A stretch of DNA of 64,000 nucleotides. Origin: Azolla caroliniana. Its lineage: Eukaryota; Plantae; Polypodiophyta. Under the pieces are notes generated by a model. That model did not search any database and was not told the origin of the DNA. It saw only the letters and a program-made list of their open reading frames with translations. The DNA lies in assembly GCA_043228905.1 (NCBI GenBank), contig JBHGNT010000010.1:12028001-12092000 (forward strand), in the 5' to 3' direction. Positions 54,101 to 64,000 of this stretch are shown one piece after another (the stretch's first letter is position 1; each line of letters begins with the position of its first letter). The translations under genes were made by a program, and so were the position numbers.

Positions 54101-57100
54101 GAACCAAGGAGCGTGAGAAAGAAAAGAGAGAGAGCAGCTTGCAGAAACACAACGGGACGAAGAGAGAGAGAACAAAGTCTTAATTACAAAATCAATAACG
54201 ATTACAACAGGCAAGCTGGCAACGGACCCAACTCAGGCGAACACACACACACACACGATGCTCACTCACGCACACAGCCCGACTGCCCTGTGGAGCCTCT
54301 GTCGGAAGCACACGGGCTGTCCACGAAGCAAAGGCGACTCAGTCCAAAAACAATCTTGCAAAGAATGACGAACGATGGAGGAGAGAGCTCGGTCCCCGTC
54401 CCACCGCACTTCGTCCTCACTCCCCAAAACATGATGATTTTATCCCCCCTTCTTCCTCCCCCTTTTGTAGGCCGTCGAGGCCTGCCCTTGCACCCTCGTT
54501 TTCATCAATTTATTCTCTGTCCTTTCGGACGGAGATACTCTTCGATTCCCAAGACATTCAATGGGTCACCTCTAGTCTCTTTGCTCCCACCGTCCTACTC
54601 CTAGTTATTTACAGGGTATCAATTGGTGTGGAAAAGTGTAGGCCCGGTTCATGCGCCTTGCTTTGCCGATTTCGCTTCTGGCCAGTTTTCTTCACGACAA
54701 CGTCTGAGCATTGAAGTACCTGTCAGTAGTTCTGTCAGTCCTTTATGGACTTGTATAAATAATGTTTTTTAGCACATTGTATGCACAGAGTTTTAGAGTT
54801 AATTTTTGAATATAGTTTTATGTTCTGCTCTCTCTGTCTCCTCTGTGTTTTTAAGCTTTTCCATTAAACCTTCATCTCATTTTCTGTTGCTATCTGGCTA
54901 AGCCGGTTCTATCTGAAGCTTTCGCACATTAACATTCACATGGTATCAGAGCGCGAGGGTTGAGAACCTCTACAGCCGGCATTTGCTTCCGTAGACGAAC
55001 CCTAGAACCCGGTAACAACAAATAGAGAGAAGATATGGACAGAGGAATGGTGAGTTCACTTCCAACAGAGAAGCTCGACTGGAGCAACTATGCGTCCTGG
55101 TCATATAAAATGCACCAGTACCTGCTGGGGCATGGATATTGGAGCCTCGTGGAATGAACAAATGAAATAGCACCGAAGTCGTCACACAAAGACTTCCCGG
55201 TATGGGAGCAAGGATCGAGTTGGGTACTGTACTGTCTCGCATCCTGTGTGCATGATCAAATGCTCAGCTACATCAAGGATGCAAAGGCGTTGAAGGAGGC
55301 CTGGGAAAATCTACGGAAGATTTTCGCCGCAAGTACCACAACTCGTAAGTTGCAGCTTCGGCAAGAGTTGAATAACATCCGGCAAAGAGACATGTCGGTT
55401 ACAGACTACACCACCACAATAAAGGAGATTTGCGACATACTCGGGTCCATCAACGTGACGGTGGACAAAGATGAGATGGTACAAATCTGCTTCAGTGGTC
55501 TAGCGCAAAGGTATGGGCCAATCCGGACAGTGATCTGCGCTCGGGAGAAACCACTGTCCTTCTTCGACTTGCAATCGATGCTGATGGTCGAAGAAAACCA
55601 CGGGAGTGGGTCAAGGACCACTCAATTGGACAACCGGATGCTGTACACGGAGACCGATCGGAGAGGAAGATCAAGTGCCTGCAGTCAGATGGCACGAAAG
55701 AATACTTTTCCGGCCAATTCAACAGTTATCTATAGCAGAATGGAATTCAAAGAGAATTCAACTGCAAGTACACACCGGAGCAAAACGGTGTGGCCGAAAG
55801 GAAGAACCGGTCGATTGTCGACGCGGCAAGGGCAATGCTGGAGGAGAAGAGCATGCCCTATTTCTACTGGGCCGAGGCAATCCGGATGGCCGTCTACATC
55901 CAAAACTGGATCGGTGACAAGGTGTCAGCACATGAGTTGTATTTCGGGCGAAACCCGAATTTGAGACACCTTCGGTTATTCGGTAGCATAGCATATGTGC
56001 ATGTACCGGATGAGAAGCGGAGGAAGCTGGATCCAAAGTCAGAGAAGTGCATTCTAGTCAGTTACTCGCATGAGCAAAAGGGGTATAAGTGCTATAACCA
56101 CCAGACTAAGCAGGTCCGAGTAAGCCGAGATGTCGAGTTTGATGAGACGGCATCATGGTACTCCTTACCGACTCCAACTCCCGATGAAGACCCGATTCCG
56201 AAAGATGAGGCTAGTGAGCCCGAGGAGGTCTAGGTAGAAGATGAAGACTTCAGCACTCTAGAGGAGAGTCTAACCTCATTCCGGCTAAGTGTATCGAATG
56301 AGTGGCTGAGCCGGGGTGACCAGTCGGATGGGGAACCGGAGAGTAGTAGAGACTCTTCCATGCTCTCCCCGTGCAAGGAACCAAGGAGACGGTTCACGCG
56401 CAAAGAGAAGGGGAAGAAGAAGATGCTGGAATATGAAACCGGCAACGTTGAGTCGGATTGGAGCGAATCTGACTCCGGAAAGGATTAAGGTGGATCTTCA
56501 GGAACGAAGTCCGACTTGGCCAAGAAGGGCCCCAAACCGGGTAATACCAAGTTACGCCGGTCTTCCCGCCTGAAGAACCCCATTACGCGGTACGGGTACA
56601 ATGAGTACATGGCGCATCATTATGTGTTCATGACTAAGGTGGCGGAAGTGCGTGAGTTGGAGAGCTACGCAGAAGCAGCAAAGGACGCAAATTAGCGTGC
56701 CGCTATGGAGGAAGAAATGTAGGCACTAGATGCCAACGACACATGGGACCTCATTCACCCTCCTTGACACTGTAAACCGATCGGTTGCAAATGGGTAAAC
56801 AAGGTAAGTACAATGCCGACGGTTCGGTTCATCGGTACAAGGCCCAGTTAGTGGCGAAGGGATATGCATAGACCCAGGGAATCGATTACAATGAGACCTT
56901 CGCCCCGGTAGCGAAGATGACGACGGTTCGCGTGGTACTAGCGGTTGTTGCGGCAAGGGGGTAGCATCTTCACCAGATGGACGTTGAAGAACGGGTCTAT
57001 ATGATTCAATCTCCCGGTTTTCAGTCGGAGATGAACAAGTCGGCAGTGTGCCGGCTCAAGAAGTTGCTTTACAATCTGAAACAAGCCTCCCGAGCTTGGA

Positions 57101-60100
57101 ATGCGAAGATCATGCACCGGTTGCATAAGATGGGGTTTGTGACCTCTAAATCCGACTCGTTGTTGTTCATCCGGCAAGGTCCAGAAGGTCCAGTTTGCAT
57201 CCTACTTTATGTTGATGATTTAGTCATCACTAGACCCAGACTCAATGAAATCAGCCAAGTAAAGTCCCAACTGTCGGATGCATTTGAAATGAAGGACCTG
57301 GGGGACCTTCATTATTTTCTTGGGATCGAGGTGATCCAAACCCCCGACGGCATATTGCTCTCACAATGACACTATCTGTTGAATATGTTGTACAAGTTTG
57401 GTATGACGGAGTGTCGACTTGTCTCCACACCCCTGGACCGGAACCAAAAGCTCTGTCCCAACTCCGAACCGGCATGCGATGAGAAACAGTTCCGATAAAT
57501 CATCAGAAGCCTGATATACTTGACAATCACTCGACCCGACCTCAGTTACCCGGTCGGAGTAATCAGCTAGTTCATGCAGAAGCCGACCGTCGAGCACCTT
57601 CAGAGCGCACACCGGATCCTCCGGTATGTGAGCGGCACGAAGGACTAGGGACTGTTATACCAGCATGGTATAACTGAAGCACTAGCCGGATATACAGATC
57701 CCGACTGGGCCGGTGATGCATCAAATCGTTGATCCACCTCCGGTTACATGTTTTCTCTGGGTAGCGCGATTGTTGCGTGGAGCAACAAAAAGCAACCAAC
57801 AGTGGCTCTATCGAGCACTGAGGCTGAATACCGGGGCGCTACCAATGCCACCTGTGAAGCCATCTAGCTTCCATGACTGCTGCGAGACCTACGGTTTGAG
57901 GTCCCGACCCCAATCCTGCTCTATTATGACAACATGAGCAACATTCAGCTCGCCAAGAACCTCGTGTTCCATGCTCAGATGAAGCACATAGAAGTCCACT
58001 ATCACTTTGTGCGTGAGCGGGTTTTGAGCGGTGAAGTAGAACTTCGGTATGTTCAGACGGATCGGCAAATTGCCGATATCTTCACCAAACCACTCGGATC
58101 GGACAAGTTGCAACACTTCACCGAAATGCTTGGTGTTCAGCATCTCGACGTGCCACAATTGAGGGGGAGAAAAGGAATGGGAACGGATGGCACCGAACAA
58201 GGAGCCGGAGAGGAAGAAAGAACCAACAAAGGGGGAGACAAGAGGAAAAAGGAAGCCAAGCCGACCGAAGGAGTCGGCACATTCGAAAAGGTCAGAACAA
58301 GCGGCAACGACGACAGAGTCAAGAAGGACAAAGCCGACCGGAAGAAAACAGCCAAGACCCGGACGTGGTCCAGTGTGGTGAAGGGCCTGAAACCGGAAGA
58401 CGAGTTGGAGAACACCGACTCGGACAAGAGTTGAAATGAATCGAAGGAAACCGATTCAATTCAAGATTCGGAGAAGCCGGATCAACTAAAGGCCAAGCGG
58501 ACACGGACACAGCGGAAGTCGACGCCAACACGAAGGAACCAACGGGTCGAGAAGCGCCGGAGTTGCAGCAACAAGGGAGCTGAAATGGGCTTGTTGAGCA
58601 GACAAACCAAACGATGAGGTTGAGGTCCGTAGAACCAGAAGGGTCTCGGCAAACAAGAGCGGACAGGACGAGCGAGGCGGAGCAACGCCAGAAGGAGCCG
58701 GGTAGAAGAACCGGTTGCCGCAGACACTAACAACACGATCCGACTTCAAGTTGAGCTTGAGGGGGAGTGTTGAGCGAGCAAGCTCAACCGGATCCAGATC
58801 AGCTGAATAAGCTTGAGCCGGATCGGCATCCAGAAGGATGAGCCGGATTGGTATCGGGAAACAACCGGCCGGATCGAGGAGTCGGATCAAAGAGCCGGAT
58901 TCGAGCGGGAATCGGAAGCCTAGTAGTAGCCTAGACTACTAGGTAATCATTGTCTCGTAGTTAGTGTCAGTTGCACGTCTGAGCATTGAAGTACCTGTCA
59001 ATAGTTTTGTAGCCCTTTATGAACTTGTATAAATAGTGTTATTTAACACGTTGTATGCACAAAGTTTTAGAGTTAATTTTTGAATATAGTTTTATGTTCT
59101 GCTCTCTCTGTCTCCTCTGTGTTTTTAAACCTTTCCATTAAACCTTCATCTCATTTTTTGTTGCTATCCAACTGAGCTGGTTCTGTCTGACGCTTCCGCA
59201 CATTAACATTCACACAATCTTATAAGTAGATCCTCGGGTTTGTCAATACCGGATTTCTCTTGTTCTCCAATCTATGTTTGGGTTATGTTATTCGAACCAT
59301 GGTAATCCGAAAACAATGGGATGTTTTGGGATACTAATTATATTAAATGATACTACACATGCTAAATTATTTAGGACAATATTAACGGGATCTGACTCTT
59401 CTATGATATTTCCGGAAGCAATGGGACGACCATCAATGACTACTACAGAGGCTGGACATGGGAGTTTTCTTAGGGATATCTGATGAGCTTGGGCAAAATT
59501 CCTATGCATGAAGTAAGAATTAGCTCTGGAATCTAGGAGTGCTGAGACATGTACTAGAGAGGTACTTTTAGTACTAACTGTTACTTGGGCTAAGAACACA
59601 TTGAGGGAATGGAACCACTAATGGGTTGCACATATCTAGGGTTGTCCAACCAAATGGTTCCTATTTTGGATGGACTTAATCGTTTAACTCTTCTTCTAAC
59701 TGACTAAGGACATCAAATTTGTTTGATAGATTTGGGCTATTTGTACTATTAGGACTATTAGATATTCCTATTGAAATAGACTCGGGGTTAGTACAATTAG
59801 AACTAGTAACTATTTGGTTTACCTGTCTAGTTGGCCTATTGGGATAGTTCACTGCAATATGCCCTGGTCCACCATAATAAAGACGTAGTCGATTTGCTTG
59901 GCGTCGCTGCTTTACTTCTTCCGCGAATGGTCCGCAACGACGTGTAGTGTCAATTTCCATCGGAGTTGGAGTAATCATTGGAGATGCATTATATGACTCC
60001 CTTGGAAAAGGTTTTGCTACCATTGAGGCGTAGGTGGGTTCTGATCTTTCCCTTGGCATCTGGAACTGACGTTCCAGACGTAGGTTCGAAAAGATGGTTG

Positions 60101-60867
60101 TCGCATCTCACAGCGCGATTGATTGCTTTTGTCAATGACTTTTGTTCTTTGGGGAAGGTCAAGAGTAAATCCTTGACATTGTTATGTAGACCATAACGAA
60201 ATTGCTCCATTAGTGCTTGGTCATCCCAGGGGATATCAGAGGTGAGTAGGCAGAAATCTGTAGCATATGCGGAGGCTGGATGATCACCTTGACGTAATCG
60301 TCAGATTCTCACTTAAAAACTCTTCAAATTTGTTCGTAAAGGAGATTCCTTTTCTAACAACGGAGCGAACCATGCCAAAGCTGAGCCACTTAACAACATG
60401 CCTACTAAACCCACTCGTGATGCATCGGTGGGATATCGAGAAGGACGCATTTGAATGACTAATTGTACCTGATTAAGGAATCCTCTAAATTGCGATCACG
60501 TGCCATCGAATTTCATGGGAAGGCCGATCTTGGGTTCTTTATGAATCCCTTGCATACTAGGTTCTTGTTGTTGCATCGCTACTATGGTTGCTTCGAGTTG
60601 TTGCACGTGTAACACTAGTTCCCCAATGTGTTGTTGTTGCGTCTGGTGCTTTTCTAAGGAGATGTGTTGAAGATCCCCCAACAACCGTTGATTTTCTTGT
60701 TCCAAAGTAAGGAACTTCTCTTTCAAGCAATGCAGCTCTGAGAAAACAGATTGATATTCTTGAGCGCTAACAATGGCCATAGGATGAGAGGAAAGAGGAA
60801 TAAGATATTAGTATGAAGGGAGGGAAACGTAAGAAGATAAAAGGAAGAGGAGGAAAGAGGTGAGGAA

Positions 60868-60984
60868 AAATCGGTTCAAATTGTCAGGAATAGTACTGAG
60901 ACAGAGAGGAAATTAGTACTAAGAGATGAATATTAGTACTAAGAGGAAAAGAGGGTGTAGAACACTCGAGAGAAGGGGGGGGGA

Positions 60985-61015
<31 letters not shown>

Positions 61016-61091
61016 TGATGACAACGATGTATTATGTGAAAAGAATATACAAGGATGGCTAGGAGGCTTAAGACTGGCGTTGAACCGATTT
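60868..61091 (-). promoter_or_regulatory. Self-complementary PBS and predicted transcript 5' end of gypsy C
   Basis: PBS TTGAACCGATTT (60879-60868) is the exact reverse complement of AAATCGGTTCAA (61091-61080), which lies ~33 nt after TATAAAA (61124-61118). Confidence 0.8.
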
Positions 61092-61236
61092 GGTTCGAAA
61101 TAATGCCTTGTGCCTCCTTTTATAGTGTTCTCAGGAGTACTCCTGACGTTTCTAGAATATTCCAGAGAAATCTGGAATATACATCAATTTTCTATAGTAA
61201 AACTTAAATGAAAATAATATCTTTCGTATTACAACA

Positions 61237-61305
61237 TATAGTCTAATGGTCAAGAGTTCGACCCATGTAACATAAGGTTATGGTTTCGAGTCTTGTCATA
61301 TCATA
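61237..61305 (+). other. tRNA-like / SINE-head-like sequence
   Basis: A-box-like TAGTCTAATGG and B-box-like GGTTTCGAGTC at tRNA-like spacing. No convincing acceptor stem. Confidence 0.35.
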
Positions 61306-61339
61306 TCAATAGAGAGGCTTCTTGAGTCGGCAGACAAAT

Positions 61340-61965
61340 TTTGGATGAATGTTGGATTCGAAGCTAGGTGGTTGTGCTTGAAGAAAGGTGTTCCTGACAT
61401 CCATCTGGTGGAGGTGCCACCCTTTCACTGTAGCAAGCATTATCACAGTCTACACGGTTGTCATCTTTGCCATCGGGGCAAAGGTCTCTTCATAGTCGAC
61501 TCCCTGTGTTTGTGCGTAGCCCTTTGCTACAAGTCGAGCTTTGTAGCGGTTGACGGAACCATCAGCATTATACTTCACTTTGTATATCCATCTACAACCG
61601 ATTGACTTCTTGTGCGGTGAGTGAGGGACAAGATCCCATGTCTCATTCTAGTTGAGAGCTTGCATCTTCTCGTTCATCGCTTCGACCTAGTGCAGATCTT
61701 TAAAGGCTTCGGCAAAGCTCTCCGGTTCGTGAATTGCTGCCACCTTCATCATAAAGGCATAGTGGTATGCCATATAGTCGTTGTAGCCGAATCGACTAAC
61801 CGGATTCTTCTCTCGGGTGGAGCGACAGAGTTTCTCATTTGTCGATGTGAGAGCTTTCTTTACTCCGGGTGACCTCATAAGAGGCACATCAAAGCCATCG
61901 AACTCACTATCGAGTGAGTGAGTCGATTCGTTGCCGTCGAAGTGATCATCTTCATATTTCATCGG
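61340..61965 (-). mobile_element. Copia fragment (INT-RT linker and RT start) related to copia D
   Basis: RSTREKNPVSRFGYNDYMAYHYAFMMKVA..EPESFAEA, followed by [11 protein letters not shown] and HQMDV. Confidence 0.85.
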
Positions 61966-62154
61966 AATATAGTGAGAGATAATTAATTATAGAATTGACT
62001 TCTGTTATTTCAACCTAAAGCATAACCTTTCAATGAAGGGAAAGAAACAATGCACTATGTAGTATTAGTAATTGTTCAGTTAGGTTAAAATTGCTACAAA
62101 TCTAATCCTCATGACCCAACTTAGATATATTTTCCCACTTCTTCTTTTAAATAG

Positions 62155-64000
62155 GTCTTTTGAGAATCTTTTGGACCGTTTGGTGAAGAAAATTAAGCTA
62201 AAATATCAAAACTCACCAGTGGAGAACCAAAACAACCAGTTGCACATAATGTGAAAAAGGGAAAGAAACTACTTTTTCACGACAACATTAGGAAACAACT
62301 GTTTGACAAAGTTAGTCAAAAGGAGATGGTTGCAGCAATTGGTGGGGAGGACCTACCTGGCCATGATTTGACAAACAATGAGTGGTGCATGCAATATGTC
62401 GACTTGAAAAAGAAAGTTGTCCTATTTACCGCAAAAAAGAAGGGGGACAGTCAACTTAGTAAAGAGAAAACCTTTACTTATGGCTGATTGTTACACCTTG
62501 ACTACGAAGCCGCCGATTCCCTCAATCTTATCATAATGGTGGACTATTCGAAGGGAGTCCGAAAAATGTTTCTGTCTAAAGATCAGCTTGTTAAGGATTC
62601 ATATGGTCCCGAATCTTTTAAAATCGTCATCGAGACTTCACAAATTCTTATAACAACATTAAGACCATATATAAAAAAACTCTAAGGGATGTGTCGCCAT
62701 CTTCGGTGAAGGCCCCACAAAAGGACTCAAAGATGCAGTCGAGACCAACAAAGAAAAAGATCACAAAGATGTTAGAGTCCGAATCATCAAGTTCAATAGA
62801 TGATGAGGAAACTCGGGCCACACCAGGTGCTGAGCTAGCATCAAGTGTTTTGTCTTCTGAGCAGAACAAGATTCGAAGAGAGTTAATGCAAAAGAAACTG
62901 GTGAGAAAAGGTTGAAAGTCTTCAATTTGCCTATTATAACACACATTCATAGGCCACTAGTAGATGTTAATGCAGGACGAAGCAACTTGAGATTAGAGAG
63001 CCACATAGAATGCATGTTCAAAATCTCAAGAAAAAAATGAAAATAAATCCACATGCCACAGTTGTACCATTTATCGTAATGGTGGATCCTGACGAATGTT
63101 CTGCAATTGAGTATTTTGATGTGAGAAATCATGATCAATACAATTACTTTGTAATTGGTGGATCACATTCGGCTGAAGCACGGCGACTACTTGTAAGAGA
63201 GCACCCAACCACTTTTTTCTTCAAGTATGCCGAGTGTAAAATATACGTGGGCCTCACAACTGAAGAGGCAAAACTCTTGGCATGGGACCACAACAATGAC
63301 AACGACTACCAGCAAAAAATGCCATCCATCGAGCGGATAAGGTTCTTCCACCATGAGTACTTGGACGTCAAACAAAAGTTTGGTGTAAAGCTTCACTCCG
63401 GACTATGACGTCAATGTCTTTGTGAGGTCGGCATTGTTGTTGATGATAATGTTAAGTCAGATGGTCTTCGTAAGTACGAATCATGGTTTCAACTAGCCTT
63501 TAGAGATGGGGAAGTCTGGGACCTTCAAGATCAAAATTTTTCAATGTGGGAGAATAAGGAGGTCAAGGGTCAACGACAAAAAAAAGGTAGAGTAGACCCC
63601 CAACTCGAATTGAAATCAGAAGCGGCGAAGAAAATTGACCTGACAATTGAAGAAGCGGATGATGACATGAAGTTGTCTCTGTGGAGAGCAATGCAAGGCA
63701 TTAAGGATGAACAACTATTGGCGTCAGTGTTGTCAAGGGTTGTGGCCAAAGAATTGAGCCTAGAAGAGATGGTCACTGAGTTCAACAAGTAAGTCTTGTC
63801 AAATAGTTAAATGAAACAATTATGGTTTTATATAAAGTTCTAATCTCTATTGGTGATTTCACAGTCATAAGGTATATATGAAGATCCAAGAAGTTATGAT
63901 GAAACAACTTGCATGTATAACTTGGGAACAAGTGACTGATCAATAACTTGGGATTATCCTTTGATGTCTTCATATAAAACGTTATCTGAGTATTTCATTG
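62155..64000 (+). pseudogene. Decayed spliced gene encoding a ParB/Srx-like domain protein (runs off the window)
   Basis: Co-linear ORFs 62251-62915 and 63010-63788 are broken by in-frame stops. Motifs HVQNLKKKM..VVPFIVMV, YFVIGGSHSAEARRLL and CKIYVGLTTEEAKLLAWDHN. Candidate acceptor at 62154, donor at 63789 and acceptor at ~63864. Confidence 0.65.

Larger units (their letters stand above)
40867..54699 (-). mobile_element. Gypsy E: full-length Ty3/gypsy (non-chromovirus-like) inserted in the 5' LTR of copia D
   Basis: 653-bp LTRs at 40867-41519 and 54047-54699 (TGTCG...CGACA). TSD ACGT. PPT GTGGGGGTGGA next to the left LTR. Gag with zinc knuckle CMWCDVIGH, protease LVDHGSEIN, RT LPQGGTNSVAH, RH, INT and GPY motif. 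Confidence 0.95.
40656..59214 (+). mobile_element. Copia D: Ty1/copia with both LTRs and an internal deletion, inserted in gypsy C
   Basis: 5' LTR 40656-40866 plus 54704-54940, split by gypsy E. PBS TGGTATCAGAGC 54941-54952. PPT GAGGGGGAG 58759-58767. 3' LTR 58768-59214. TSD CAATT/CAATC. Gag joins directly to integrase at ~55660, so the protease region is missing. Confidence 0.95.
38649..61233 (-). mobile_element. Gypsy C: Tcn1/Tf1-like Ty3/gypsy, split by copia D, 3' part deleted
   Basis: 5' LTR ~61233-60882. Gag EPKIGLPMKFDGT (60780 onward). Protease ALLDSRA (59599). RT [22 protein letters not shown] and YLDD (40511-39765). RH DKELLAIV. INT GHFG..KT and PLPIP. Pieces are 38649-40655 and 59220-61233. 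Confidence 0.92.

Overview
Eukaryotic, intron-rich plant DNA, most consistent with a seed-free vascular plant such as a fern. This is inferred from an axonemal CFAP57 gene next to a FRIGIDA-like gene, Tcn1-type gypsy elements and RTEX-like LINEs. The left half holds two intact, convergent host genes. CFAP57/WDR65 (+, 19 exons, 2193-25534, about 1348 aa, one probable GC-AG intron) has introns full of LINE fragments and an LTR-less copia. The FRIGIDA-like gene (-, 3 exons, 30295-27459) encodes about 613 aa. The right half (30.7-62 kb) is a transposon nest that can be resolved base by base. One stack is gypsy A < copia B < hAT MITE. A deletion joins it to a four-level stack: Tcn1-like gypsy C < copia D < gypsy E < TIR element F. 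Element F (43068-49948) has 17-bp TIRs and an 8-bp TSD, and is a Pack-type transposon carrying decayed pieces of three host genes (ribosomal protein P3, an IQD gene, SAM synthetase) between cryptic ACAT arrays. Gypsy C shows a Tf1-type self-priming signature. The window ends in a decayed spliced gene with a ParB-like domain. All calls come from manual reading; no database searches were run.
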